A stretch of DNA of 63,331 bases, counting the filler, from Guillardia theta CCMP2712 (lineage: Eukaryota; Protista; Cryptophyta), in the NCBI RefSeq assembly GCF_000315625.1. It is 3 parts of 3 records of this genome, joined end to end, with 100 filler letters (N's around TTAATTAATTAA, not from the genome) between each part and the next. Parts side by side here need not be neighbours in the genome. Positions count along the whole stretch, not along the records: positions 1 to 26,827 come from NW_005434497.1; 2 more parts are not named here. One strand, given 5' to 3'. Positions 1 to 13,647 of the stretch are shown here, piece after piece. Numbering within the stretch: position 1 is the stretch's first letter; each line of letters starts with the position of its first letter. The position numbers and the translations under genes are program-made. Under the pieces are notes generated by a model that had not been told where the DNA came from, did no database searches, and saw nothing but the letters and a program-made list of their open reading frames with translations.

Positions 1-489
1 CCTCCTCCTCATCCTCTGACCATCCCCTTCCTCCTCCTCTGTCCTCCCCCTTCCTCATCCTCTTACCATCCCCTTCCTCCTCCTCTGTCCTCCCTCCCAC
101 CTCCTCCTCATCCTCTGACCATCCCCTTCCTCCTCCTCTGTCCTCCCTCCCACCCCCCTCCTCATCCTCTGACCGCCCCTTGCTTCCCCTCCCTTTCCTC
201 ATCCTCTGTTCGTTAACTTCACCTGCCCTCGTCCTTTTTCAATCCACTTTCCCTTTTCTCTCTCTTTCATTGATCAACTGGTTTCATTGCTCCTCTTCGC
301 CCGATACGCTCCTCCTTTCTTCTCATTCCCCTTCCCACCCTTTCCTCCTCCTCCTCCTTTCCTTGTGCCTCCTCCATCTCCTCGCTTCTACTCTCCTCGA
401 TCCTCCCCAGCCCTCTTCCTCCTTCCTATCCTCCCCCTCTACCTCCCTCCGCTTCCTCCTCCCTCTCCCTCTCCTCCCTCTCCTCCTAC

Positions 490-3400
490 TCATGCATGTC
501 TGACCGAGAGCAGGGGAGCACCTGGGGAGTGCTGCTGCTCGACACGCTGCTGGACGGCAGGGCCCTCAGGGTAAGACGTAGTGGGGCATGCGACTTGTTC
601 TGACTTGAGTCGATCAGGACGAGGACGTGGAGAAAGTTGCTCAGATAGCGAAGCTGTCGGACAGCGTCCGATCAAGACTTGCGGCACATGCGGGAGATTG
701 AGGGGAGAGGGGAGGAGGAGCGAGCACGGGGAAGGGAGGATGGTGGAAAGGGAAGAGGAGGAGGAGTGTAAGGGAGGAGGGGAGGATGTGAGATAGAGAG
801 GTTGGGGAGAGGAGGAGAGGGTAAAGAGGGAAGGAGGAGGAGGTGGAGGAGATAATGAGAGAAAGACGATGGTAGTCGATTTGGAAAGAGAAGTTACGAG
901 CATATGAACAATCTGATCTTGTCGTTTTTCACAACATGTCAATCTGCAACAACATGTCACTCGAAGACTGTGAGCAGGTCTCCCTTCCTGGCTCCATCGG
1001 GCGGATCCTAGCCACCTCTTCCAGGAAGATGTCGAACTTATCCTCAATCTCCTTCCTGAGCTGCGACTTCAGCCTGGTTCCAGCACAAGAGGACGACAAG
1101 GAGGGAGGCGGAAAGAGGCAGGTGAAGCGGGAGGGAGAAGAGTGCAGAAAATCGATGCGAGCATGTGCTGCTGCTGCACCTGCTGCTAGGGAGGAGCACG
1201 AGGCACGAGGCAGGATAGAGGATAGAGGATAGAAGAGATGAAGTGATTGGGTTGCGGAGAACAGAGACAGAGTAACGAAGACAAGAGCAGGAGAAGAACG
1301 CAAAACAGGTGGAGGAAGGGAGAGGGGTGGTTGCCAGGGCAGGAGGAGGGGTCTCACTGCATATCGGCTATCCCTTGCATGTCTTGTCTCAGCATCCTGG
1401 TCAGCTACATCCTCCGTCATGCACCCAGCAGCAAGCAGGGCAACCACATACCGCAGCCTCCTCCTCCTCCTCCTCCTCCTCCTCCTCCTCCTTCCGCTCC
1501 TCTACCCATCCTGTCGCCTCCCGTCATGCAGATCGGGAGCAGGAGAAGGATCACCGTGGTACTTGTCTACCAGCGCCTCCATCCACAAGGCAGTCACGTC
1601 CCTGCTCCTCAGAGCCGCCATGATCTCAGCGAAGGAGAAAACGTCCCTCTCCTTCTCTCCCTTCACGAGGTCGAGCAGGAGAAAAATCTGAGCAAGGAGG
1701 GTGAGGGGAGATGGGAAGAGCGTGATGATAGAGGAGGATGAGAACCAGGACGAGGACGAGGACGAGATGAACAAGGGGGAGGAGGAGGAGAAGAAGAAGG
1801 AAAAGGAGGAGGAGGAGGTCGTGGTGGTGAGTCCGAGTCCGAGTCCGAGGACGAGGACGAGGACGAGATGAACAAGGTGGAAGAAGGTGAGGGAAGAGGG
1901 GCAAGAAGAGGGGAAGGAGGTCAGGGAGGAAGAGAACGAAGAGGAGGAGGGAGGGACCTGGTCAAGATCGCTCAGATCATATCTCGTTAATCTTCGTGCT
2001 TCTTCGTCATCCGAGAACATTCTGCCCCTGCTTTCTCCATGAGTTCCTCCTCCTCCCTTCCCCTTCATCTCACAGAGCCAGTTGTCTGTTCCTCCTCCTC
2101 ATCCTCCTCATCGTCCTGATGTAGACAGCTTCTGCTCCTCTCTTCGCCTGCAGCCCCTGGTTACCTTCTCCCTCCCTCCCTTCCCTCTCCTTGCTCTCCT
2201 CCCTCCCTCCCTTCCCTCTCCTTGCTCTCCTCCCTCCACCTGACTAGAGAGCGGGAGGTTCGCAAATTCCGCCAAGTCGGAGAGCTGCATTTCGTGACGA
2301 GATTTGTTGACTTGCTCGAGGCTCTTGAGGAGAAGCCAGACGATGATGTTGAACGACATGTAGAACATGATGATGAGGAAGGGAAGACACAGCACAAGAG
2401 CTGAGTATGGGTTGACGCCCATCAGTTCGAAGATACTCCACCCGCTCCTGATCATCTCGAACATGTTCACGAAGGATGCTGCACATGCTCTCATCAGGGA
2501 GGGAGTTAGAAGAAGATTGAGCACCTCCGAATGTTGAGAACTGTTGGAGCGAGGTTCCGAAGAGGATCATGCTCATTTCAGCGAACCCGATGACGAGGAA
2601 AAGCATGAGGACGATGTACTGTCATCAAGATCATCGTCATCGTCATCGTCATCGTCATCTCCATCAGCAGCATGATCATCAGCAGCAGCAAGGGCAACAC
2701 CTGGGCAAGAGTTCCCATGGACTGCAGCATGACGTCAAAGAGGACGGAGGTACTGAGGTTGATCCGAGAGAAGGAGAGGAGCTTGAGGCTTGCGGAGAGG
2801 AAGTGAAGGCCGCTGAAGATGTTGTACGCCCGGTACATCTCATGGACGTCTGCGGTGCTAGTGAGTAGAGGAGGGGAGGAGACTGAAGGTACGATCGAAG
2901 TCAATCAGCTGCCCGTTGCTGAGGGTGATGGAGGTTGAAGAGAAGACCAAGTTGTTCCTGCAAGACATGAAAGGGTTCACAAGATCAGGTTGACAAGGTG
3001 AGATTGACTATCGGACCTGACCCCGTCTGATATGATTGCGATCCAGAGAAAGACGGAAACGAGGAGGAAGAGGAGTTGGGTTAACGAAAGAAGCATGCCC
3101 GTGCTTTGCAGCGGCTGCAGGAAATTCCTGTGCTCCTTTGCCAGGGACAGGTAGTACCTGGGTCCCTGCAGTATCAACATGTAGGCTTGCAGGTGATATT
3201 TGTCTACCAGCCGCGATCCAGGAGGTAGAGGAAGGCAACGACGAGGAAAGCCAACTCTGCTCCCATCCTCGCTTGCCCTCTGCTGCCATTATAGACCTTC
3301 GCAGGAAGAGTGTAGGAGTCGTAGGAGGGGATGAAAAGCCCTGTGAATGGAGATCATAGGGGAACTATATCACATCGGACAGCAACTAAACCACAACATG

Positions 3401-3915
3401 CAGCAGTATTCTGAAGAGTATCTGACACAAGATCGCCAGAGCAACCTGTGTTGTCGAAGATAATCTTCATGTTTATCTTGCAGTAGAGGGCAACGTTGGG
3501 GTTGTACACCACGAAGTCAAGTCTGTACCACGAAGTTCCCTGATTGATCCACCTGCCAACCCCTCACCCTCTCTCTCATTCATGCTCATCTCACCTCTCC
3601 TGCTTCAGCAACTTCAGCTGCGACTCCGATGCCTGCATGTCCAGCCCGAACATCTGGAAGTATCCGACCTCCTTCGATCCTAGGGTATCAATGCTCTGCA
3701 ACTCGGGTCAAGACCCATCACTACTCCTCTCTCTGTGCACCTGATACACAAACTCCGTCTTGTTCGCTGCTCCCAGGAAAGGAGACTCGTCCACCGACCC
3801 CGCAAGACCCTCCGAGTATGTCCTGCCCGCGCAGCTCGGAGCGAATATGAGGTACTTCTTATCGGCAAACGGACACTGAAACAAGCTCTCAGTGACATCC
3901 GTCCAAGATACAGCT

Positions 3916-3969
<54 letters not shown>

Positions 3970-4947
3970 CACCGTCTCAAGTTTTGCTCTCCTCTGCGTC
4001 ATTCGGAACCCTGACGTGAGTTTGTTGTGCTGCAGGAAACATTCAGTGGAGCCTCTTGACCTGCTCGGCTACCTGGAGGATCATGTTCCTTCTGGGGCTT
4101 GCTCTCGGCATGCCGTTCTCGTAGTTCTGCAGCAGTAGCGCGTCAGAGCAGAAGAGGGAGAGAGGGAGGGGAGGGGAGGGAGGGAGGGGAGGGGAGGGAG
4201 GGAGGGAGGGAGGGGAGGGAGGGAGGGAGAGATTCACCTCAACGTAGATGAGACTCTTGATGAAGAACTCGTGCCAGGACCAGAACATGTCCTCAGTTCG
4301 AATCTCAAGGAAGTTGTAGGAGTTGAGTGAGGTCGGGTCACGAAACCTGGAGGCAGATCAGCAGGGGAGAGTGGGAGGGGGGAGGGGGCAGGAAGGAGGA
4401 TACGAAGAAGGAAGGGTAGGAGAGGAGCAAACCTGGAGAGGAAGTGTTTGCGCAGGGAGGCTTGCAGGCTTTGGTTGTCGATGGCGTTCTTCTGCAGGAT
4501 GATGACGGCAGTGTACCTTTATCGTGTGAGGAGAGCAAGACAAGTCGAGGAGGCTACAGAATGATGTAGAGGAGGAAGAAGAAAAGCTCCCATGAAGTTC
4601 TTGAAACATCGCGTTTGTACCGCACAATCCTCAAGATCTGCCAGCAAGTCAACATTGCGTTTCACCTCTGCCTTCTCTTCTTTCCCTCCTCTCCTCCTCC
4701 TCCTCCACCTCCTCCTCACCTTCCCAACATCAACGAGTCTCGACTTGACATCCCTGTTCGATCCCTCAGCTGTTTGTTCAGACCAGCAACAACGCAAACC
4801 GTTGTGCTTCCTCACTCTCCTGCATCTCACGCTTTTTTCCGAGCCACTTCACATGACCACCTGTTGAAGCTGATCAGACCCCGCAATGTTGTCGCGTCAG
4901 GACAGCAAAGCAAGCAGTCCTCGGAAACCTCATCCTGCGCGCTCATG
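490..4947 (-). CDS. Polycystin-2 (PKD2/TRPP)-like cation channel, multi-exon
   Basis: Spliced exons give MFWSWHEFFIKSLIY..NYENGMPRASPRRNMILQ, LKLLKQERWINQGTSWYRLDFVVYNPNVALYCKINMKIIFDNTG (polycystin WIDxxT...FxxYNxN motif), S4-S5 LKLLSFSRINLSTSVLFDVM, FLVIGFAEMSMILFGTSLQQFSTFG, and pore/S6 FVNMFEMIRSG...PFLIIMFYMSFNIIVWLLL. Both ends are approximate. Confidence 0.82.
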
Positions 4948-5054
4948 ATTACTATCCTCCTCCAGCACCATCTCTTCCTCCTCTCCTCCTCTTCTCTTTT
5001 TCCCCTTTCCTCTGCTACAGTTCCTTTCCTTCTCCTCTACTCCTCGTCCTGTAT

Positions 5055-5098
<44 letters not shown>

Positions 5099-5584
5099 TA
5101 CTCCTCCCTGCCGCTTCGAAACTTGTGTCGGAGGGAGAAAGGTGAAGATCAAAAAATGGTGGAAAGGGGTAGAAAAATGCCTAAAGATAGGGGTAGGGGT
5201 GGTGGGGGACGACAATGTTACTAGCGGTCACTAGTAGTATGCCGGGGAGGAGGGGAGAAGAAGATGAGGAGAGAAGGAAGAGAAGAAGAGAAGAAGAGAA
5301 GAAGAGAACAAGAGAAGAAGAGAGTGAGGAGTCCAAGAGAAACATAACAAGAGAAGAAGAGAGGAGATGTGCAAGTGAGAAAGAGAAGAGGACGGGAGAG
5401 GAGGAGAGGAATAGAGCAGCGTAAAGAGAGGACGAGAAGTCAGCAGTATCTACATGAAGCATAGGGAGTGGGAGAACGCGCTAGTGCCGTAGGGAAGCAT
5501 GTAGTGCAAGAGTTTGCTCTCCAAGTGTTAATCTGTCATTTATGACGATGATAAAGTGCCCAGACAAGCTCTTGTCACATTCTA

Positions 5585-7860
5585 CTATATCGCTATACTA
5601 GTGTACAAATGAAACCTTCTTTCCCCTTGCACCCTCCCACCTTGCTTCACCTCTCGAGCAACAACCAGCGAAGCGCGAGTCAGTCGATGTACTTCCCATC
5701 CAGCGCACGCAAGCTTGTTCGTTCTCGCTCTCCTCCTTGACGTCGCTCTCTGATCAACCAGTAAGACAAACTTAGTCCTCACTGTCTCTCCCCACCTGTC
5801 GTCGACGAGGCTCTCGCCATCCGACCCGCTGTCGCAGCGTGAGCCCCAGCGAGCTTCCAGTTCTGCTGGAGTTGGCTGTAACAACAACATCAGTACAAGG
5901 CAATCGCAGCCGTCGGCTTTCACCGGAGGAGGAGAAGGAAGACGCATCCTCGGCCTGCCCCGCCCTGAGAGATCGCCCGGCGGACTCGGCGGAGCCCTGA
6001 GGAAGGGATCAGCGAGGCTGCGAGGGCACAGACGCCGGTGCTGCCGTACCGCAAGGGCGGGCTCTTGTTTCCAAGACGCTTGCTCTCCTTCGACAGGTCG
6101 GTCTCGTCTGTAACTGAAGCAGAGCAGTGAGCAGCAGGATAACAAGCTCCTCCTGCATCACCTGAAACCCCTGTGCTCGCATCTGTACTCTCCCCGGCCT
6201 CGGAAGCAGCCTCGGAAGCCGCTTCGGAAGCAGCCTGTGCGCACCAGAGGTCACGTCCAACGCCCCAGGCTGCACGTTCAACCTCTGATGCAGCCTCCGA
6301 AGCAGCCTCTTCAGTGTACACACTACTCTCCTCGGACTCGGAGAGCCAACCGCCCTCTCCAGAAGGAGGCGTCGCGCTGCATGGGGAGAGTGATTCAAGC
6401 GCTAAAAAGCAGGAGAGCAAACCTTTCACTCGTCTTATCGAGAGGTTCAGGTATTGTGATGCTCTGATACAGCGGCAAGCCCTGCAGATCGTCGTCTCAG
6501 TCTCACCCTGCAGAAGCGAAGGCCAGTCACACACCTGATAGTCCGCCGTTATTGAAACGTCGCCTGCGTTCGGATGTGGGGACCCTCCTTCACGATCTGC
6601 AGGCGACAAGGATGCCTCGCGATAAGAGGCTAAACTAGCAAGTCGAGATGATCTGGCTGCTGCATGGCGGGCTGAAAATAACGAATGCATACTACGTCTG
6701 GAGACAAAAGGCAGTGAGGAGGTTAGAGTTACGTCATCATCAGTCACCTTGCAACATCCGCATTCGAGCCACTTCCTGAGCTCGATCCACCAGTTCTTCT
6801 TCTGTACCTGAGCAGAAGCCTCAGTGATTCAACCAAACAAACCCTCGATTGTCTACCTTTCTCTCCAGTTGCCAGTCAACTGAGTTACATCTCTGGAGCA
6901 CAAATAATTTACACAAGCCCGAGAATGGAGTTATTTCCACCTGTCACGTAGTCGCTGGATGATAGTTGCTGGCTGTACAATATGCTCATAACGAGGAGCA
7001 TAATCACTCTAGAGCAGATGTCATAAACAAACTGAGATGAGAACTTCTGCGACAGTCACCTCGCTCAGTGGCGGGATTTCAGTTACATCATCATTCCAAG
7101 AAACTCTGTGGCATGCCATAAGAGGATGGAACGAAAATAAACTTGTGCAATGCATCAGATAAGTGAATGTTGCCGACAATACCGTTTCCTTTTCTTTGAA
7201 CGAGGTTCAAGGGGAAATGGCCCACACCGTCTAATACCGGACTGGGAAACCAGAGAATCAGCAAAATTCAACGAAGCCCAGATAACATGTACATCGTTGC
7301 TCTGTGAGGCATCGCGTGACGTGGACGGAACTTCAAGATCCGCAAGGGAGCTACAGCTCACCTTCCATGCAAGTTAATTTCCAAGGCAGCGAGCACGCAT
7401 CAGTTACCACACTAGAAGCATCCATGTCAATACTGCCTGTTGACTGAAAGCAGTTTGAGCGACACATAAATTAAGGAGGCATGGAAACCTGGAGGTCATC
7501 CAGGTCCACGCTGCCAGTCGACTGGACGTCGTCTAGAGTAACATTGCTCGCCTGCACTGGAGTCACAAAACGAGGGTGTTCGCCATCTGAAACGCACAGT
7601 TTCTGCTGTTGTGCCATCATCGCTCAAATGATCCATGCTGGAACCAAGCGCAAGCCTACCAAGACTTCAATGAGCTCAGTTTCAAAACAAAGGACTCCTG
7701 TCTGGATCAAGAAGAACTGATTTAGGTTTTTGACCTGTTTGCAGTCGTCGGGCTGCAAATTGGAGATCCTGCAACAGCGTCGCTGGAGCCATGGACTGAT
7801 CCCAATCGATCCAGCAGAGGGGCTTTCAGAGCCGTAGACAGACTCTTTGGTGCCGCGGTG
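5585..7860 (-). CDS. Probable downstream exons of the FHA gene, or a separate hypothetical gene (Ser/Ala/Glu-rich, EAASEAASE repeats)
   Basis: Long minus-strand ORFs (5920-6747, 7624-7962) with splice-like borders. No recognisable domain. Confidence 0.35.
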
Positions 7861-8578
7861 ACCTCCGAAGGTAAGCAGTGAAGGACATACACCCTGAACG
7901 GACAACTTCAGCTTCACATAAATGCTTTTCGAGAGAATCCTCCAACCTGCTCGAGCCTCCAAACGTCAAGCTATCAGAATAACCAGTCCCATCACTGATT
8001 CGGACAGGAACCTGTGGCCCATGCTCAACCAACTGTGAAATATCTTCCAACTATCTACCTTGGGTTGAATTCTTTTACCACCAAGGAACGTCCCATGCGC
8101 GCTCCCACAATCAATTACAAAATACGAATGCAATCGCTGTAGCTGTGGGTCAAAATTGAAGAGTGATGCAAGGACAGACTGACTGGATGATGTACGATCA
8201 GTGCATGCAGACGGCTGGCAAACAGTTCAGCGAATGAATCTTCACGCACTTCACAATCCAACCTAATAGAAGGATGTTCTAAGCAGTACGTCACTCTTTC
8301 AGCAGATCTTCCAAGTGAAATGAATGATCTCGTCTACAAAAGAGAAAAGAAAAGAAAAGAAAGAATATTAACATACAGATAAGAACAGATTAGAAAAACA
8401 ACCGAGTCAAAGGCGAACGAATTTAAGATTCTTCCAGCCTTGCTTACTTGTAATCGTGCAACTGTTGTTCCTGCAGCGGATTCAAAATCCTTCACTTGAC
8501 TCTGAGTGTCTTACCAGGACCAGCCCAAAGAGGTAAATAGCCACGTACGTACTCAATTTCAGTTGCTGTCTCGACCAT
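7860..8578 (-). CDS. FHA-domain protein resembling the NIPP1/PPP1R8 N-terminus; the gene probably continues towards ~5600
   Basis: Spliced: MVETATEIEYVRGYLPLWAGPGTTVARLQVSKAGRILNSFAFDS|TRSFISLGRSAERVTYCLEHPSIS|RLHALIVHHP|RLHSYFVIDCGSAHGTFLGGKRIQPK|VPVRISDG..LTFGGSS|RVYVL. The FHA GR, SRxH and S.HGT motifs are present. Confidence 0.8.
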
Positions 8579-10271
8579 CGGGACGGAACAACAAGTAGTT
8601 AGACAAGCTTTTACACTCTCTAGTTCTCCAGTCAAAAGTTGGCAAGTCGATCAAAATTCAGACAAATCTGAATATTTTTGCAAGTTCTGCTTGAGTCAAG
8701 ATGCTGTAACAAGAATGATTGAAATCAGATTCACTTTTGAACTTTCATATTTCTTTCGCCGTTTTTTGGCCTCAAGTACCCATGTCCTTCATGAATTTGT
8801 TTACAACCGAAAAATTCAGCCTGAAGGATGCCAAGAAAAAACAACCGCGGCCTTCGGCGTTTGTCTCTTTGAAGCTAGGTGAGTGTTTTTTTCAACAAAT
8901 GATTCGGAGAATCGCTCAGTCGATTGCATGAAAAATTCAATTCCTAAACACAGGTAGATCAGAAACGAAGGCACAACAGTGCTGCTACATTGGTGAACGT
9001 ATTAAGCACGTATCAGAGAGGCATTTGTGTGTAGCAGCACATCACTCGTTCTAGGTCATTGAAGCTATGCACTGAGAACGCTCTTCTTGGCAAGGCTCTT
9101 CAGGGACATGGAGTTTGTCAAACAGAATACAGTGACAACCCAGCATGATTCGACAAATACATTTGTCATGGCAAGATGACATCAAGCTACAACGCAAAAA
9201 CTACCAAATAATGATCAAATGTATAGCAACAAACAGAAGGTATGATTTCATGAATTTTGAGTCGTGCATGTGTCAAATGACGTTTCTCACACAAATCAAA
9301 ATCTATACATAGTGCAAAAGGAGGGAACAAATGAAAACTTTGAAAATCTGAATCTCGGTAATTCAATAGTAAATGAAGTGCGAGAAAAAGAGGTCAGCTT
9401 CCACAGCTTAGCCCAAGTTCTTATTGGGACTCTCGAAAGCCTGAAAGTCGCTAATGCCCTTGTCATAATCGAAGTAAGAAACTGAAAATTGCTGGGACTG
9501 ATGAAACCCGCCAAGGCGTCATCTAAACGCATTCTAGTCTCGAACTTCCTAGATAATTACATATTCCATCATCAGTCATGGAATTTTAGTGAGGTGCGCT
9601 ACAAAGCCTACCTTCGCCTTCCAACCACACAACAGGCCTGCACTAGACTGTACTCCCTCCAAGCTATCAAATTCTTTCTTCCACGGTACATCAAGATGCG
9701 TGATCTGACTCTTTGTCCTTTCTCCCTTCCCTCATTTTTCGCCTTGTCTCATGTTTCCTCTCGCCTCCTGCGCATCCTCTTCCTCCCCTCTCCTTCTCAC
9801 ATTTTGTCTCTCCTGCCGCAATGCAGCTCCCGAACCTGGGGAAGCTGACCACCCCCACCCTACCTTGCGACCCCCCCTTCTCAGCCCTTGTGCCTCGACC
9901 ACCCTTCTAAACCCCCACCCTACCCCTTTCTTTCCATCCCGTGGCTAATATTTGTTGTTGTTCTTGCCTAGGTAGACAACCCCACACCCCCTCTTTTACC
10001 CAAGAACCACCCATGCAATTGTACTGAAACCCAACACTCTCTTGACACGAATAACCTAATCCCTACCACCCCCTACCCTTGTCCATGTTAACCCACCCCT
10101 TCTTCATGTAGGACACCTACCACCCCCTGGGTCTCCCCACCCATGCCTCGTCCAACAAGAGGTGGGAGACCCCTTCGCAGGGGAAACCCCTGCTAACAAT
10201 AAAGTCCTTCACTTCGAATACCACCCACCCCTTTCCTCACACCCCACCCTGATTTTCTAATCATATTGTTA

Positions 10272-10573
10272 GGGGAGACTAACGCAGGGCCAAATTCAAT
10301 TTCGCAAATCTTGAAATAATTCGTTACGTGAAACGGTTTGAAACATAAATATTTGTATTTTGTCAGTAAATTTTAACATCAAATATCCAATTTTACCCTC
10401 ATTTTCTCCCATGACTAGGAGGGGGGATGAAATTCGGAAATTCGAACGCATCGATTGAAATTGAAATACAATTATCTTTTAGTTGGATTTCAATTTTCTT
10501 TTTCGACCTCGAGCGCATTTAACTTAAAATTAGTACCAGAATGAAATTGAATTTGGTCTGCGTTAGTCTCCCC
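10272..10573. mobile_element. MITE, PIF/Harbinger (Tourist-like)
   Basis: About 31-bp terminal inverted repeats (GGGGAGACTAACGCAG(G)CCAAATTCAATTTC at the left end, GAAATTGAATTTGGTCTGCGTTAGTCTCCCC at the right end). TTA flanks both sides (10269-10271, 10574-10576). The interior is AT-rich and non-coding. Confidence 0.85.
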
Positions 10574-11396
10574 TTACCCTCTTGAACTCCATGGACCCTA
10601 CCCACAGCTCATCTTTACCCTACCCCCTGGAGCCGGGACTGCCTCCCCNNNNNNNNNNNNNNNNNNNNNNNNNNNNNNNNNNNNNNNNNNNNNNNNNNNN
10701 NNNNNNNNNNNNNNNNNNNNNNNNNNNNNNNNNNNNNNNNNNNNNNNNATGGTACCGGTACAGGACATCGACCCTTCACTGACCCCCCTCCCCGATCCCC
10801 CTCAAGGTGACCCCACCCACATCCACCCAAAATGAGACATTATTACTATTGGATTCTCCAGGCCCCACCTCCTACACCCCTACCATAGTTGGAGGGGTGG
10901 TATGTTTCAAGAATATTGAGAGTTTGATCAGAATCCCAAAGTTTTATCCTACCCTACCCTAACATTTTCCTACAAAATATTACTTGTCGTGGGGGTGATA
11001 AAGTTTAAAGGTTACTCGCACAAGTGGAAGTTGCACAAGTGGAAGTTTCATTAGGGGTGGGTATCCGGGGTTCGAAAACAAAGTTTTAAATGACGGTACT
11101 GATCAAATGAATAAGAATGAGGTATCAGTACCGAGCATGAACATTCTATTTGTACCGAATACTCTATATCCTGGCATATTGGCCTCTCATTGACATTTAT
11201 AAATGTATATAATCAGTAAATATGTATATTGCAACCGGAAATGTGTACCAACTCTGTAGATATCACTACAAATATAAAACCCTCGCTAAAAACCATAGGT
11301 TGCTGACCCTAGCGGCCGCCTGGTACAATCTCGGCTCTGATGAGATAAACCCCGAGATAGTGACCTGAGATCGAAAAGACTCCATTTCACCTCCCA

Positions 11397-12540
11397 CTAC
11401 TTTTTGGGCAGTCCGCCCGACAGCTTGGAGTTGGTAAAGCCATGGCTGCTGAACAGACCGCAAGTCAGTGACGTCGACCAAGGACCAGTCATCAGCAGAG
11501 ATCACATGAGGAAATCGATCGTCGTTGAGCTGTGCTCTCCTTGCAGCTCGATGCACTTTTCCTCCTGCAGGACAACGCCAGTAGCCGGCAAACAATCAAT
11601 CGCCCATTACCCCATCCCTTCTCCCTCCCTCGCCATCTTGCCCACACCCCATCCCACCCAACCGCACTTTCCCCCGTTCTAATCCCCCTTACTGTCGTTC
11701 CCATCTCCCCCGCCTTTCCATCTCCACCCGCCGCCCCTCTCCCAACTAGCAGCAGCAGCAGCAGCAGCAGCAGCTACACAACAGCACGCATTGCTTGCGT
11801 CCTCACCGTCACTTTGCCTCCGGAACCAACTTTGACCTTGAGATCCTTCAGCATGGCCTGTCCCAAATGACTCGAGCTAGCATGGCAGAGCATTCGCAGC
11901 ACCTTTAGGTCGTCCATAGGGATCCCTTCAAACCCTTTCGCTACAGTGACTGTTTTCCCTCCCTTCCTGCAGGCAACTAGTCATCTTCGCATCATCCCCT
12001 CACTCCATGTTCTCTGCTCGCCTCTTCTCTCTCTTCTTCTACACCCTGACCCAAAACTCGCTTCCTCCCTCAGCCTCTGCGTCTCATGACGTTCTTACCC
12101 TGCTCTTGTTACTTCCACGCGGATCTTCAGCTGTGACTTGTCCGCCGGCTTCGCTGCAAGCGCGCTCTCCTTCGACGGCCTTGCTGTGGCTTTCTGTACG
12201 GTCACTTTGCCCTTCCCCTTCTTAGCAGGCAGAGATTCCTCCTCGAACGAGCTCCAACTCGTCATCCCCTTCTTCAGCTTCTCCGCAAGCGCCTGAAGGC
12301 GTCAGCAGCAGAAGTAAGGAGGAGGCACAGTCGACGGGAGTTGTCACCTGAAGATCTTCGTTGCTCGAGCCTGGGAAGATGCAAGAGAAACTCAGCTCAT
12401 CGTCATAGGGGATGGTTGACTCCTTCACCTCCTTGCGACGCTCTCAGGGCAAGACTTTGTTGCCCTACGTTGGGTGACAGCAGGAATGCGGTGCAAAGTG
12501 ACAAGAGTTGCAAGAAAAGGAGGAGTCTGAAGGGTAACAT
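11397..12540 (-). CDS. Plastid-targeted SUI1/YciH (bacterial-type eIF1) translation factor
   Basis: Spliced: MLPFRLLLFLQLLSLCTA-FLLSPNVGQQSLALRASQG..KIRVEVTRAG|KGGKTVTVAKGFEGIPMDDLK|AMLKDLKVKVGSGGK|EEKCIELQGEHSSTTIDFL|ISHGFTNSKLSGGLPKK*. Contains the SUI1 motifs GKTVT, GSGG and IELQG, and a signal peptide followed by Phe. Confidence 0.88.
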
Positions 12541-13647
12541 TGTAAATACGATGGCCTCGGGTGGTTTTTGCTCCCCTCAGTACATTCCCTCCTCGACCGT
12601 GATACCAGTTAACTGAAGAACAAGTTGTCAGGCTGAAGGAACAGGCCTTGCACTCTTTCATTGATGCAAATTATGGATAGAAGGAGAGCTTCCATGGAAG
12701 TCGAGAGAAGCCAGACTGTGATGAGCACGGTTGCTACAAGGACGAGAGCAGAACATGAGGAGGAATAAACGTGTAGAAGTAATCTTGATTTCTATTGCTA
12801 GTGTATCTCTGACCTTTACTTTACCGCAATGATCTGTTCCTCACCTTTCCTTTTCTTCACCTTTCCCTGTCTCCCAATGTCTCCTCTTCTCTCCTTTCCC
12901 CCTTCCCTCTCCCTTCCCTCCCCGCCCCCCGCCCCAAATCCGTTTATCACCTATCGCCCGCGCTTTCCCTCCTCATTTGCCTTCTTTGTTCTTCATCGTC
13001 CTTCTCTCCTCCTCTCCTTCTTCCTCCTCTCTCCCTCCTGCTCCTCTCCCCACTGCATCGCACGCGCAGCATTTCTTTTATAACCAGACCTACCCTATGA
13101 GGCGAAGGTACGGTACTGCATTGGGCACGTGAAGTTCAGGTCTGCCAGCTTCACTGGTGCTGAATGCAGTGCAGAATGCAGTGCCCAATGCAGCAGCCAA
13201 TGCAGGCAGAATGCAGAACACAATGCGGAACCGTCATGCTAGGAAGCAGCCAGGGAGCCGGGAACCATGGAGACAAGGAGATGGAAGATGGAGGAGAGGG
13301 AGAGGGAAGGGAGAAGAGATCAAGAAGAAGTGAGGAGGGAGCGGGGGGGAGGCGGAGGGGGGGGGGTGGGGGGGGGAGGGGAAGGAGTCGAGGAAGGTAG
13401 GNNNNNNNNNNNNNNNNNNNNNNNNNNNNNNNNNNNNNNNNNNNNNNNNNNNNNNNNNNNNNNNNNNNNNNNNNNNNNNNNNNNNNNNNNNNNNNNNNNN
13501 NGGGGTGGGAGGAAGATCAGAAGTAGAGACAAAGTGGACGTGAGAGCAAATTAGGTCAAAAGAAGATGGAGAGAGAGGAAAGACGTGATGTTGGCTGTAT
13601 CCTCCCTCCTCTTCTCCCCTCTTTCTGTTGACATATTCCTCGACAGG

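Noticed and set aside
8782-9150. Small plus-strand spliced gene MSFMNLFTTEKF...
   Set aside because: It has a good first donor site, but I could not build a unique exon chain or recognise a domain.
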